NCBI RefSeq assembly: GCF_008831285.2
Contig: NC_045138.2
Coordinates: forward strand, 26,970,001 to 27,034,000
DNA length: 64,000 bases
Reading direction: 5' to 3'
From: Nymphaea colorata
Taxonomy: Eukaryota
This document shows, piece after piece, positions 1-15,357 of the stretch. Each line of letters opens with the position of its first letter. Within the stretch, counting starts at the first letter, position 1. Under the pieces are notes generated by a model. It ran no database searches. It saw nothing but the letters and a program-made list of their open reading frames with translations, and was not told the DNA's origin. The translations under genes were made by a program, and so were the position numbers.

Positions 1-216
1 CATATAGAATGACCACCCTAAAAGAGGACAGGAACAAGAAACAGAAAATAAGAATAAAATTTCCAAACTAGTAAGTAAGCAGAACACTAACCACTACCAT
101 AGCCAATACTCTCCTTAACATGAAAAGGGCCTATAACTGCGAAAAATACTGTACACTAACACCATAAAAAATAAGCTACAATAGAAAAGGTTACTAGCAT
201 GTAAGTAAAGGAATAC

Positions 217-3200
217 CTGTAGAGTCCCTCCTCCACCAGTACTTCCACAATCATCGGATACACTTACAATAGTCCATGGGTCAGAAGTATTCCAGTGAAA
301 ATCAACAACCTTGTCTCTGTAATAACAAAGAAGTGAAAATTATCATATAGTCGAGAGATGGAAGATACATTAAGACAGCATGGACTTTTTCCCTTTTAAT
401 AAGAAGAATCAACATTTTGCACGTGTACCCTTACCCACACTTATTATGGTTCACAACTTCACATCCACCTATATGCAACCATTCTCACAAGATATAAGTG
501 CAAACCTACAGAGCGTGCATGCATGTCTATCCAATCACAATTACATGCCTGCATGCACAGAAATCAACCCACCCACACACTTGCAGATTGGCACACATGA
601 TGGGAAAAGGGAGTGCCGGTGTGTGGGGAAAATGGTGAAGATAAACAAAAAAAACACAATTGTTTCATATGCATATCTTGGAAGCTGGAAGTAGAACCTG
701 AGCCCAAAGAACCACTCGCTCTTACAACAGCATGTTGTGGTTGCCCACACATGCATGAAACTGAAATTCCATGTTTTACTTTCACTGGAAAGTTTTATCA
801 GTAGAAAAGTAGTTAAGATTGAAACTAGTCCTGGTATTTGTCAATAACATGTCTATGCCTCGCGAAGACAACCATTTCTGAAGATGAACAAGAATTATCA
901 TCATAAGAGCTGCATAACTGATCCATACAAAACGTAATTCTCCTATTTTTTGACAGATGGCATAAAAGAGCCATCCTGGATACCTGTGCCCAGCGTGCTG
1001 GAAAAACAAACCCGGAGGGGAGTTTGGCACTTTTTTTCCTACATACTCCTTTTTCCGACCAACCTGTTCCACAACCAGCCAAAGAAATTTTAGTACCAAA
1101 CCTAGAGAATGACATCATATATTGTAAAGGAATGAGTCAAATTTATGGAAGAAATCAGATATCCTAAAATATCAACAGGATGCAGCATTAAATTCAGCTT
1201 AACCTACACTTGTAATGAAACATCTATGCTGTACTTGCAGAATAATGGTGATTGTCAATTTAACATGCCAAGAATAGTGTGTGTGTCATTTGGTAAGTAA
1301 CTAACTTTCGAGAGTTTCCTAACCTTTTCAAGATCCCAAATATTTACAAAACCATCCTCTGCAGAGCTTCCAAAAACAGATGATTTGTCTGGGCACCACT
1401 GTAACATACACATAAAAAATGGTTGAGAAAACAGTAGCCTAAGTGAACTTCCAGGAAAGAAGAAACCAAATATCTGAACCAAATCAGCTAACAATCCAGA
1501 ACAAAATAAACACCAGCACACCTGCACACAAAGAACAGCAGCCTTGTGACCCTCAAATTTTTGAACTGGAGAACCAACACCACCAGATGTGAGGTTCCGC
1601 CGGTCAAACAATCGGACAGAATTATCTGCAGACCTGAAAGATGATGCAACTCATTAGAATGAAAGATGGACAATAGAATGCTAACATTAATGTACTTACT
1701 GTTGCTCAAATATTATTTGCAAAAGAGAGGAGAAAGGAGGAAGGATCTAGTAAAGTTCTTAAAGTAAAGTGAAGTAATCACGAGAAGTCCATAAACATAA
1801 TATCAATAATTTGTTACATGAGGTTAAGAGCAAAAGCAGTGATTGTGGATACATAAAGGGTACTAACTACTTGGGTATAGTTGCCAATTCCCCACCCTCC
1901 ACTAGCTAAACAATAACTAAAGCACATGGTAAATAGATTTACATATATTGGACCATGATTGCCTTGACACAATTATGGAAACAGTAGAAGTATCACATTT
2001 GAAACAAAAACGTCGACAAAACTGCGGCAATGAAATTATATGAGTTCAGGAAATCAGTACGTTAACTTCCTTTCCAAAAATATAAGCATTAGAAATGCAT
2101 GACTTTGTGACAATGCTAGAAAACATAAGAACACACAAGCATGCCACAACATCCATATACAGTAGCAATAGAAACAAAATGCCCAGAGAAGGCTCACGTG
2201 CTTGATAATGGTGGCATCCATTCCACCCCATAGCCGACTTGAATTTGCGACCAAAAAGGAGACAAACCAGGACTCTTGATAGTAGAACAAAGGTATACAA
2301 ACCCTCAAGTTTGACCACGTTACAAACCAAGACTCTTGGTACTACAGGGCATAGGTATATAAACCTCTCAAGACTGTCTGTAATTGCATGTAGTCATCTG
2401 AATGGAGCCAACTAATAGGCTGTAAAGTCCAATTTCATTTAGTACTAAATGGTTAAACACCTTGTAGTGCTTAAAGGCTCCTTTCCTTCCACTATATAGC
2501 TGCACTAGCAGGTAATACAAGTCTGGGAGCAATTTTATCTATATCTGCTTCTTGTTCAGAATACATCTATGCACTTTCACATGATCATGGATTAAATAGT
2601 TTGATCTTTATTTTCTTGCCACCCATACATGCACAGTTACATGTCAACAAAACAAACGACCTACTTGATATGATCCAAAAACACTTCAATAACAAAAATG
2701 TCAAGAATTTTCCTGGCACTGCAGCAGGGAAACATGAATGTCCATAATGTCAAGCATTAGGTCCCAAAGCAAATTAATCTACTCTGACTGGCCATTAATT
2801 AATTACACAAGTAAAGCAGCTACCCAGTTAAAATAAGATTTTGATCATGGGGATTCCAATCAACACAATGAAGATCAGCATTGTGCGCTTTCTCCACCTG
2901 AAGAAATCCAAGGCAAATAGAGATCAGAGGTTGCCAGACAATAGAAAGATCAACAAAACATAAATAATTGAATCAAAACTAAAGAACTGTTTGTGGATCC
3001 GTCATGTGAAAAGTAAACTTCACAGGAAATGGAAACCATGTAATGGAGCAAAAATTTGATATTGCTCATCCCAATCTTCCCAGTCATGCATGCATGAGGA
3101 CATGTATACATCATGCAGATAACCCCCACCTCTTCCCTTGCCTCCAAGCACAAACATGTAAGAAGGTGCCACTGACTTCTTTTCCTTTTTTATCATTATT

Positions 3201-3336
3201 AAGGTTGTTGAAACACGAAACTGCCTCTGATTCTCTGAGGAATTTATGTTACATAAATACTATGCATTACTTACCACCAAGAAGCTTGAATACTTGTTTT
3301 GAGGAGTGAATGGTACATTTACCTATTGCATTCGAG

Positions 3337-3384
<48 letters not shown>

Positions 3385-6300
3385 GCCCACAGAACATTGA
3401 TACCATATTGCACAGCATAATACACAATCTAAGACAAACAGGTAATTGCAAAAGATAGTTCTCAAATCTCAAATATTCTTTATCATCTCCCGCGTAAACT
3501 GAGCCAAGCAAAATGTAACTGGAAAAAATAGCATTACCTTGAAAGCTGGTTCAACACCTGCTCGAGCATCCCACAGAATGAGACACGAGTCATCACCAAC
3601 ACTGCAGAACTCCTGGGAACTTCAATAGTTCCATTCCCGAAACCAGTTAGCAGTAAAATAACATATTCAAAACGGAAAAAAGCTTCATACTTGGACATCC
3701 TTAATTATTCATACAAGAAAAAACCTAGAGACATTAAAAAATAAAGATCCATTTTCTGATGGAGGGCCCACAACTTTTGACAAATTCAGAGGGTCTGTAT
3801 GAAACCACATGATGCCACATTTATCACAGTTACAAAGTATAGAGAAGGAAACGAGAATCATAAGGTAGACAGTACATCATACGAGAAGAACATGTGATCA
3901 ACAAGATGTTTCAATTTTCAATATAAAAACATGACCAGCATGCAAGACCATATGTGAGTGTTACATTTGTCTAAATAAATCCATTAAGCGGCATGTCAAA
4001 TATTGCTAAAACTTCAATAGTAGCTAAAAAAATTGGGGGTATTTTGATGATCATGAATCATGCAGGAAACTTCAAGAAATTAGTAGTTCAACAATTGTTT
4101 ACTTACTTTGAAGGACAGAACGTCACATCTTCAACAGTATCACTGTGCCCTTTAAAGATACCCCTAGGTCCAACTGAAGGACTCTCTAATACTTTCTCAT
4201 TAGGCCCACTGCTTTTCGATGACTGCTTGGCAGTGCCTGATACCATTCCTTGTTTTGGAGATGATGAATCTACTGCAGCAGCAGAGATATGATCATGTAT
4301 GCTCCATAAGACAACCGACTTGTCTTTTCCTGGTAAAATGCTAATATTAGATCAACTGTAAAGGGAAATCAGGTTTGTCCATCCATTGGTAATACAAAGG
4401 ATAATGAAGTTCATCCATCTATTGGTAATTCATGAACATCACAGCAATCAACTAGGAGTATTGTTGGGAAAAGTAGAGGAATATTGCTGCCCTGCATGTG
4501 AACAGCATACGCATGTGTGAACACACACACACAAGAGGATAGGATGGTTAAATACCTCCAGAAATTACAAGTGGTTCAGTTGGACACATTGCAAGTGCAA
4601 ATTCTGCATTATCTGTGTGCCCTGTCAAGATCTGCAATACAGAAATCAAGAGAAAAGCAGTAAATATAAGATGAACTATATAATGATAACCAAAATATAC
4701 TCTTTCTTCTAACACAGCAACAAAGATGTAATAATATATGCTGGAGACAAGCAGTAATACCAAGTAGATCACCTTTGCCTTAAGTATTTCTAAATTCTAA
4801 TGATGCCAGTGTTGGACTCTAAAAAACCTGATCTCCTTAACCCTTAGCAACCACAGAATATAGCCAGCCTTTACCTTTTTAACGAAAAAACATATTTTCA
4901 TTGAACACTAAAGAAGCGACAACTGATCCTTCCAGGACCTTGACTTGGGTTCGTTTAACTTTAATCAGAGAAGACATTTCCTTAATAGTTAATATATCAA
5001 CCATTCACACAGGAAGACTTCCTATGCTAATTTGAAAGAACAAGGGAGGAACTAAAATATCAAACAATGAAAACAAAAAGGCAGGACCCTGAGAACTTTG
5101 TAACTGCTGAATCATCCTTTAATTCATATACGAAACATAACAATGGAATTGAACATCCGTAATGAAAAAATGACAGATTTGGAAACATTTTAGTAAGGAA
5201 ACCCACAATCACTCACAGATATAAGAGAGAAACATTTATTTTGAAACTAACCAGGTCTGGGCGTGAATCAGAAGCGCCAAGAACAGCTTGACGATTAGGT
5301 TGTCCTTCAACATCCCAAATAAGGACCTGGACAATCATATGAAGACACACATGACATTCAAATGTCTGTGAATTTCAGACTATAATAAGAAAAAAAATAC
5401 TCACATCAGGACTGTCAGTATGCGTGGCCACAATTTTGCTGTTTTGTGGCAGTTCTCTAATTCGGTTAACCTAAAAATGATGCCAAATTCATCAAGTCTT
5501 ATTACACAGCAATTTAAAAGAAAGATGAACGAATAGGAAACTCTCAAGATGACTTGAGTAAGTAAAATATCCTGACCCATTAAAACTTGCAAAATATCAT
5601 TTGCTGAAGAAAGAGAAAAGGAATCAAATATGTACATGCACATAGATTACCACAGACAAGTTGCAAAAGAGATCGTCCTGCTTCTTACCTCTCCTGGATG
5701 GATAATTGTTTTGAATTTCTTCACAAATGGAGACCTTGCTTCTTCATTAAACTGAACAATAATAACCAGTGAGACATATCAAATGGATGGGAAAAGGTTA
5801 ACATGTAGATACCTCAGTATGGCATCTAGAAGTAAATAAGATGAGCATAGCAGTCAGAAATATAATGATCACAACCCTGCCACCTACATAGGTAACCAAT
5901 TTAAATTGCTTTATTTTAATCTTAAGAATGTCCATGTGATATTTTTCTATGAGAGCTATCAATAATACAGATTATCCTAACAAAGGCAATAAATAAAGTT
6001 CCTAGCCCACAATTTCCAGTTAAGACAATAGAACAGAAAAAAGACTATAATTAATGTATACCTGTGAAATATGCTCTGCTGCTGCAACTCTTGGTTTTAC
6101 AACCTCACAGGTTGCAATAACCAAAGTATTTGGAACGCTGCCATCAGTCTGTACAGTGCAGTTTCAGGAACACATTAGGTATCATCATAAAGAAAAGAAG
6201 GCACGCCGCATCAGGATTCCAAAGATGTCCCATTCACAGTGAGAATATTCATATATAATATATTGTAAAATACGAGATTATTCCACATCATACTAATTAA

Positions 6301-9300
6301 CATACATTCATATACACATATAAACAATATTATACATTTAAAAATATGAAAAGTGATACGCATGTGCGCAACTCTGTCCACAGAGGCACCACACTCCATA
6401 ATTCAGGAGTCAACCTCCAAACTCCAGAAGAAAAGTGTACATACATATGATGCATGTGTGATTTGGCTATCATTTAAAATATAAAAGCTGTTGCATCTTG
6501 GCTGCAAACACACAAAGAACACATATGGGTTATGTCACAGTGGCACGTGAGGGAGGCCCACGCACCCGTACTGGCATACCGGTACGGCAAAACCATATGC
6601 TGGGTACGTTTGGCTCGGTTTTGGGTCGAAATAGATCCAAACCACAAAAAAAAAAGACATTGTCTTAGTCTATTTATGATTTTTTTATGAGAAAAGAACT
6701 ATGAAAGGAACATTGTATTAATAATGTGATGATATCAATTTTGTTTTTTGGAATTAAAAATATATAATTATCGCTATATCAACGTACCAAAATTGGCGAA
6801 AACGTCTTACTAATACCCGCTACCCCGTACCCAAACCAGCACCCATACCCGTACCTATGTGACATAGGTGCACATCATTGTTAAAAAAAACGTGTACGGG
6901 TATTATACGGCGATGAATTTCTCAGGTATAATACGGCAAAGTTGCATATCTTAGGAATAAAACGGAAAAATCTGGGCAAATTTTTAAAAAATTTAAAACA
7001 TTTAATAAATGCTGAAAATTATAAAAAAATTAGAAATCATAAAAAATATGAAAAAAAAGCAAAAAAAGCGTATAATACGCGTTTTTTTCACGTTTTTTAT
7101 TTTCTGGCATTTTTTTAAAAAAGATGTGTTTTGTATGGGTATTATACGGCTAAGTATGTTTTGGCGTATTAAACGCGTCTTTTTCCAATAAGACACATTT
7201 TTTGTGATAGTGTCTGGCTGTCTGCACATGTACCTTGCATAGCAGTGCAGTTCTAAGGCTCAAAATTGGGATGGCTTTTGAATGGCAGAAAGAGACAGGA
7301 AAAGACACACTTGGACCTGTTTTTTCTTCCTATGACAAAAGAACACTTTTTTTCTCACCCAACTAAATCCTCTTACACCAAAACACACATGCATGCATAT
7401 ATGCAGACACATATGTACATGCATCACATGCCAACTAAAACTTCAGCTTTTCATAGCCAACAGCAGAATGATCTAAATACCACTACCATTATCACATGGA
7501 GATGACTATGCGATGAAACCTAGAAATTTTCAGCGTTGAAATCTTAGAAGAGTTTGACAATGAAAATGTATATTCCAAAGCACATGGAAGTTAAAGAGCA
7601 AGTTTATCTCCTTCTCATATTTGATGAACAGATGTATTTTGACTTAAATGGCATGACTCATTAGGACATAGCTTTCTCTAGCAAAATAGACAAAAACTAG
7701 TAACACCATTCACCTGCTCAGAGAGGTAAAGGCGCTGACGATTCTTGTAAGTTGCTTGCTCCAGCTGTGGGCCCCATCTGCAATGGATAAAAGGAAGCTT
7801 ATGCAATTGGCACCAACACAGCATATAGGTTCATTAAAAGGAAATAGGGAAGAAAGAGGCACTACGACATTCAAACTTAAATCAGAAACGTATACAGAAT
7901 ACAGATACATATGGAAAAAAGGAGCTCAAACAATGGCATAAATCAAACACTAGTAGTTGATTAAAATGCAGCTCACTCAAGTAAAGAGTCGTCACAGTGA
8001 TAGGGACGGAGCCAGAAATTTTTCATGAGAGGGCTGCATTATAGTTTCAAAATTTTAACAGGGGCCAAAATATTATTTTTGAAAATTTTTATATAAGATA
8101 AATGAAATTTTTTAAAATTTACATGTTTTTTTTTTCTAAGAAGGGGGGGTGGGCAAAGGTCCCTGCCGGCCCCCCCTTGACTCTGCCCCTGCCCAGCAGC
8201 CAGCCAGTATCAATTCATGCAATTGTTCACATAGACATCATAGATAAAAGTTACTCAATTTAGAGCTTCATTTTGTGAGAAAACAAAAATTAAACAACAT
8301 GAAACTGGTCAAAAATATTCAAGACACAACTCTTCATACAAAAATGCCCTAGATAACACAAGGAAGACCTGGACTATAGAGTCTGTAAACTTCTATACCA
8401 GCGTGTCTTTCTCTTTTTTTCATTACACTGGTAAATGTATTTATCATTATTTCTCAACAACTAACTAATTCATGAATAACACCTTATGATTTACACTATT
8501 ATTTTAACCCTTTTCAAGAAGGAAACAAAGAAAAGCAACCAAAAGACGAAAAGTAAGAAAAATAAAAGCCAGACAAGAGATAGACGACCACCAACTTATA
8601 TTTACTATAAGTACTTATAGAGTAAAAAATGTATATTCCTGGAATCACATTTTAGATTTTGAATTCAATAATTATGTTAAGCATAATTCTGAAAAGATAC
8701 TGTTGTATCACATGCAAAGAAAGCTACTCTGCATTTATGTAGATTCTCCTAGTAAAGTAAATAGAGAAAATAAATCCCCCAATAAACAGAAATGGGTGAA
8801 CTCCCCCAGGAATAACTGTCTCAGAAGTCATCATTTACCAAGGAGGATGCTCTTACTCCTCAGTATCCAACTTCATTGCAGATAAAGAGTAAATGCTGCT
8901 ATCACATAAACCCCAGAAAAATGAAAGACCATAAGGCATCAAGTGTATGAACTATGAATTATGAACTATGAACAATGTCGTAAGATATTAGGATCAGTGT
9001 ATAAAAGGTGTAACAGTAACACTCTATGTTGAGGTACAAGCCGCACAGTAGAGTAGATAACGACTAACAAGTAGTCACATTCTAAGTAAACGGCATGACA
9101 GTTATGCAGAGGTGTCCTGTATTGCTAAATAGAACACTCGTTTTGCATAGATTACACAAGCAAGCGTTACGGCCTATTTCAGTCGGTTTGTAAGGGATTG
9201 AACGCATACTATGAAACAGCTTTTCATGTACCTTCATCTTTGGAAGATCAAGCAGAAGCTTGGTTGCTTATGTTTTCTCATACGTGTAAAGCATAAGAAC

Positions 9301-10074
9301 GCGGAAATGCCAAGTTTGGGAAGAGCATAAGAAAAGAGGAAAGGAATCATTTTTTACTTTTGACTACACCCAACACCCCCAAGAAAGTAAAACAGCGTAA
9401 ACGAAGACAATACTTCTACATAATCTCCCACTAGTTCAATGGACAAATACACCACAAACAAATTCATTAACCAAAATCCCAACTAAATGCAACACAGACT
9501 ACACCATGAGTATATAAAATAGATCGGTTTCCCACTTGTGTGGGAATAGTTTGTTGGCATTGGGACTGCATATTGACACCAAAAAGAATACGAGAAAGTT
9601 CCCACAAGGAGTGGGGTGGGGACGGAATAATGAATATATGAGCGCGAAAAATGAGAGCCGCGTCCAACTAAAAACATTTAGAATGGCGAGATTCAAACCT
9701 AGAAAGAAAAAAAACGTGTTGGTATATTCCGTTACATTTTTTACCATTGATCATTTGGGCACAGGCTAAGCAACGAGGTTATTTGGCAGAACGAAACCCA
9801 ACTAGATTGAATATTTCCATTTTTTTCTTTAACGAAGAGCGAAAACTTCAACCGGAAAAAGCAGCAAAGACGAAATCATGTGTGTGTGTGTGTGCGCGCG
9901 CGTGTAGAGAAAGAAAGAGATGAGAAAGAGAGATGGGTCTTAGTACCGGCAGGAGAGGGAAGGCCAGACGAGGTTGTGGTTGGCGAGCCAGTCATAGAGA
10001 ACGGGGACGAGAGACTTCCATTGTGTGTACCTCTCGTCCACCGAGGGTTGCCCTCCTTTCCCGCGCTCCTTCAT
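217..10074 (-). CDS. MSI4: WD40 histone-binding protein MSI4/FVE (RBBP4/CAF1-C family); 3' end runs off the window
   Basis: 14 GT-AG exons: 10074-9947, 7777-7714, 6148-6062, 5751-5689, 5470-5405, 5326-5252, 4631-4556, 4329-4107, 3619-3538, 2897-2824, 1633-1522, 1398-1324, 1063-984, 316-217 (435 codons, open). Translation MKERGKGGQPSVDERYTQWKSLVPVLYDWLANHNLVWPSLSCRWGPQLEQATYKNRQRLYLSEQTDGSVPNTLVIA...LFFQHAGHRDKVVDFHWN...GGGTLQ matches plant MSI4/FVE. The final exon lies before base 1. Confidence 0.95.
6531..6867. mobile_element. Non-autonomous TIR element in MSI4 intron 2
   Basis: TATGTCACA...TGTGACATA terminal inverted repeat, CCGTAC/GTACG subterminal repeats and an AT-rich core. Confidence 0.5.
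6876..7192. mobile_element. Second adjacent non-autonomous element in MSI4 intron 2
   Basis: Ends CATTGTTAAAAAA and TTTTTCCAATAAG, with repeated TAT(T/A)ATACG subterminal motifs. Confidence 0.4.
8001..8191. mobile_element. Same hAT-type MITE family, opposite orientation, in MSI4 intron 1
   Basis: TIRs TAGGGACGGAGCCA...TGACTCTGCCCCTG. Internal TAGTTTCAAAATTTTAACAGGGG is the reverse complement of sequence in the 58353 copy. No clean target-site duplication. Confidence 0.7.
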
Positions 10075-10081
10075 CCTTTCG

Positions 10082-10112
<31 letters not shown>

Positions 10113-11805
10113 GTCTAAGAACGCTCCGCTTCAGTGGCGCCACTGCGCTGTACCGTGGTTTTATTTTATGAGCTGGCGTGCATCGTAGGGCTTGGCCGCT
10201 TAGGCACACATCGCCTTGGCCCGAGAGCACCATTTACGCAGCCACCGATCCTCCTTTAAAATCCTTCTGATATGTCGGTTATTTATCCTCGCCTGTTCTA
10301 GCGATATACCTTTCGCTTGAAAATGAGTATAAATTTTGGGTGCACAGAAGGAGCTAATGGTGGAGCTACAGGTAAGCTTATTTGAGTAGAAATTTGTTTA
10401 ATTTTATGTTAATATTTGATATATTTAATTGTTTATATATATAAGTGCTCTTAAAAGTATTAAAGATATCAAATTAGTGACTCTCCAGCCAAAATTTTTG
10501 TCTCAACTAGTGGAAGGAGGGAACAGAAGCCCGCACCCTTCTCCCTATCTTTCCGAGTTAGGAGGTTTGTTTTTCAGGGAGTGATGTCTCAGTTATGTTA
10601 AAAAAGAGTATAAGTCAAAAGATGAAGGACACGTATTTTAAAAAATAGATAATATTTTTAGAACATATAAAAGACATGAGTATGAATATTTTATAGAATA
10701 TGGCAACTCCAAACACGAAGCACCACAACAATTTTTTTCATCTCTAACAGGAAAGATAGAATTACAATGGTGGATGAGGGCGGGGGGGAGAGGAGAGAGA
10801 GAGGTATGTCATGTTTTGGAGTTGGTACAAAAAGTTCCTTTTGATATAAGTGTGTTCTTTTTAAAGCTTAATCTGCTTTATAACATAATATAGTTTAAGG
10901 GTCAATAGTTTTCACATGGCGATTTCTTGATGACATGCTAATTTCGTGTACTGTAACATTCGTTTAATATCACTTTCGGAGACGTTTCCAATAAATGCCT
11001 TCAAGTGAAAGGTTTCAGAGATTCGAGTCCTTCATCTTACAGTTTTACGCCATTAGATCATCTAAAAGTTAAAACATCCTTCGTGAAACCTGCGAAGCGA
11101 CCAAGACTAGGCAACGCTACGCAAAAGTGATCCCTCTGTCACTAGGAAAAAGTAAAATAAAAGAGAGAAGATCAATCTTAACCCTTCTTAGTGTTGGCAA
11201 GGAACATGCGGGTTTCAACGAGACCACCGTTGCCTTACAATCCGCCCAGGTAAAAAGCTAAGCTGCTTGGGCAAAGCTTTTGCTTCAGCTAACTGACGTT
11301 TCTGGGGAGTAAAACCATGAAATAGTATCACCAACTAATTCTATTCAGCATGCAGCCTACGCAGAATACATTTACGCCCCCCAGACGTGAAAGTAAACAT
11401 TTATTGCACTCGTAAGGACTTCAGACAGTTTTTTATATCAAGAGCTATATCTTGTGATATTAAGCATCAAACATCATTAGTGAAACAGAATTCGCAGTTG
11501 GGATAATTTAAGCAAAAGCATCCAACGAAAGATCCCCAAAAGCAAGCCTTAAGCATTAAACTGACACGTAACTTGGGCCTGGGAGAGGAGTGTGGTCAGC
11601 TGAAGTAAAGAGTCGACATTCCACTGCCACAGATTTGTTACAATTCATTCACTCAATGTGTTTACATGGATATAGCCTAAATGGCAGTTACTCGTGCTGA
11701 TAAATCATTGTTTGCTGACTATTATCAAAACATCAAATCTACACTATAGAAAAGTTAATTACTATACAGCTAAATCGCCAGAGTCTGAGTTTTAGAGCTC
11801 GGGTT

Positions 11806-14800
11806 TCATGATCCCACCGCTTGAGTGACACCCTTAGCCTTAGCTGCAGCAGCTGCAGCAGCTGCGGCAGCTGCTGCTGCTGCTGCTGCAGATGCTGCTG
11901 CAGAAGGTGTAGCAGAAGGAGGAACATCTGCAGTCGAGGAGTTGGACTGCAAGGGTGCTGCCTGCTGCAGTTGCTGCTGCTGGGAATTGACTTGGGCCAG
12001 CAAAGACTTTATCTGGCTACCTGTCAGGGTTTCATGCTCCAGAAGCGCATTAGCAAGTGCATGGAGCTCCTTACTGTGAGTGGTCAATATAGTCTTCGCA
12101 TTGTTGTAAGCCCTATCCAAAAATTCCCTCACTTCCTTTTCAATTACCAGCCTAGTTTCAGTGCTCATGCTCTTCCCATTGTCGTCATAGTCATGGGTAA
12201 CCAACCCCACTTGCTTGCTCATTCCATACTTAGTAACCATTGCCCTAGCCAGAGAGGTGGCCTGCTGAAGATCAGAAGTAGCACCAGATGTAATCTCACT
12301 CTCTCCAAATATGAGCTCCTCTGCAACACGTCCACCCATGCAAACATCCAACCTTGCCAGCATCTGCTTCTTTGAAATGCTTGTCTCATCTTTTTCTGGT
12401 AACTGAGCAACCATGCCAAGAGCCATTCCCCTGGGAACAATTGTAGCTTTGTGCACAGGAAGGGCGCCATCAGTATGGATAGCAACTAGAGCATGACCAC
12501 CTTCATGAAAGGCCGTCAGCCTTCTTGACTCTTCAGAGATTACAGCCGACTTCCTTTCACTGCCCATCATGATCTTGTCCTTCGCATACTCCAAATCAGC
12601 CATACTGACAGCTTTGGCACCATCCATTGCAGCTTTTAGGGCAGCAATATTCACCAAATTTGCTAGATCTGCTCCAGAAAATCCAGGTGTTCCTCTAGCT
12701 ATGATCATGAGATCTACATCATCTGATTTCAAGACCTGAGTAACTAGAAATTAGGACTAAAAACCAAACAACAAACAATCTTAAGAATAACCGTTTAATA
12801 TAGGATAGAAGATACCTTTGACATGTGTGACTCCATAATTTGCCTGCGCCCTTCAACATCTGGATTTGGGACCACAATATGACGATCAAATCGGCCAGGC
12901 CTAACCAGTGCTTTGTCCAAAGACTCTGGAAAGTTGGTTGCAGCAATTACAATAATACCCTCATTTTGTTTGAAACCATCCAATTCAACAAGTAACTGAT
13001 TCAGTGTCATCTTCATGTACTGTTGATCTTTTGGGTTACGACTTCCTCCTATTGCATCAATCTCATCAATGAAGATAATGCAGGGAGAGCGTTTTTTTGC
13101 TGCAGCAAACAGGTCCCTCACCCTCCGGGCTCCGACACCCACAAACATCTCTTCAAATTCACTTCCACTGCATGAAAAAAAAGGCACACCAGCTTCCCCT
13201 GCAATTGCTCTAGCTAGCATGGTCTTTCCGGTACCTGGTGGGCCAACAAGCAAGACACCTTTGGGAAGCTTCCCTCCTAATCTAGTGAACCTCTGCAGAA
13301 ATAATAGACAAGAACAAAATAAATGTGTGCTGCTCAAGAAGTGAATAAAACCATTGAGGCAGAGAAACCCAGACAATACTAGCATCTTGCAGTGCTTAAG
13401 ATATCTTTAAATGTTTCGTGCCGACATGGTAAAGCTTGTCATACGGAACTTGTTGTTTCAGCATCGAACTGCCCAGAGAATAATGCATTCATATTACATT
13501 TGTAGATGAGTACATTTTGTATGGTTCCATGGAGATGTACAAACACATTAAGCAAGTACTACCAAGTGGAATGATGGAATATTAGGCAGGAAACTTTTTG
13601 ATTTTTTAACTTTTGTCACAGTCCTATCTCTGACTAAGATGGCCAGAGATCAACAATGTCAATGGTGGAAACAAAAAATTCTTCAGTGGTAATAGACAAA
13701 ATAATCTTCACAATCTATTCAACTTGATCAGGCACCCTACAGCTTTCTTTGTGGGTATTGCATATGATCCATGAAAACATGGAATTATCAACCAAAGAAA
13801 AAGAAATGCAAAAACTTTCACATAAGCTATGAGATATAAACAAAGCAGATATATGAGGTCATAATCTTAAGTGTTCAGTACATTGATAGACAATATTTTT
13901 AGAATAGGTGATATTATTTAAAAAAAAACAGAACAAACCGCCAAACCAGGGGCCCGAGCCCAGGAGTGGGTCGGGTTGTTATAAACTTATAACAATTGCA
14001 TATTTTATTTGAGAAATACAAGAACAAAAGAAAAGGAAGAAGAGTCATTACCTTGGGATCTCGAAGGTAATGAACAATTTCCTCCAATTCGGCTTTTGCC
14101 TCATCAACACCCTTCACATCATTAAATTTTGTGTTAGATTCCATACTTGGCTGCACCTCTTCATTCAGTCCAAGCCCTATAAAACATAAAAAGATGATAT
14201 GGATGCTTCATTCAACAAAAACAGTAAATGAAGCAACAGCCATCTATAAGCTGAGATGCACAAAACCTTTGCTGATTCCCCGATCTTCAATGAGCGCACC
14301 AACACCAGAAATAAGGAGGAAAGCTAATGCAATTGTTCTGAAAGTCCGCCACAACTGGTCTTTGAAATGGCCACCCTCTGCTGTCACCATGTGGATAGGA
14401 GCGTTGGCAGTGCCAAGAATACCATCTTTTGTAGGTTTCCCCACATTCCTAAGGGCTGCAAGACTTGCAACACTTTCTTCTTCCCTTGCTGAGTTGGAAA
14501 TTCCTACAAGTAGTACTTTTCATCAGTTGAGAAAGTGTTATTTTTGTAAATGAAACTAGAAAACATCCACATAGGTCTACACAAAAGAAAATCAAAATTT
14601 ATTTTTAAACAAAGAGCTCCACTACTTAAAAGACAAAAATATTTACAAAATGGACATCAAGCTTGTGGCAGATTCTATGGATTTGAACCTAAGTCACAGC
14701 ATACCTGCCTGTAAGAAGTAACAACTAGAATTTTTGGGGTCTTGCCTCAATGACCATTGGTGGAGGTAGCAGAAGCATGACAAGGATGATAGGCTCAGAT

Positions 14801-15275
14801 TTTCAGCTAGCCCAGTGAACTTTAACCCATCAAAAAAGGCTCATGAAGCTGGTCACTGTGGTACATAAAATGTCCAAGTATGGTTTGATCCTTTACAAAC
14901 CAATGGCTGCCTAACATTGCATCTGCTTGGGAAACGAGACCCAAATTTCCAGAACATAAACGTAACAAAACAGGGGGGTACCAGGTTAATCAAACCAAGA
15001 ATAACAATATGGACTTAGGTGGTCTTTGCCACTCTAGAAAAGCACTCATCGTGAATTTGTCATTTCCTCGCCAGATATCATAGATGGTTTCAATATGAAT
15101 TTATCTTGCTTACTCTACAGACAGAATAAATTCCATGCTTAGAAAAGATTAAGGGGAAGGAAATATATGTACGTTCCTAAAATAAATCTTGAAATTAAGC
15201 TGCTCTACAATATCTTAAGAGAGAAATGAGTATCACTGTATCTCTTAAAACTTAAAAGTATACATACATACATAC

Positions 15276-15357
<82 letters not shown>

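Noticed and set aside
974..983. MSI4 donor GTATCC as a possible U12 intron
   Set aside because: It continues AGGA rather than TTT, and I found no TCCTTAAC branch point near the acceptor.
9940..10233. Apparent N-terminal extension of MSI4 with an ER repeat
   Set aside because: The extension reads through a (GA)n leader microsatellite. The ATG at 10074 gives a normal short MSI4 start.
11839..11990. Poly-Ala/poly-Gln tail of FtsH4 and antisense ORFs 11821-12375 and 11825-12079
   Set aside because: An Ala-rich C-terminus is a known trait of plant FtsH4. The plus-strand ORFs are shadows of (GCT)n codons.
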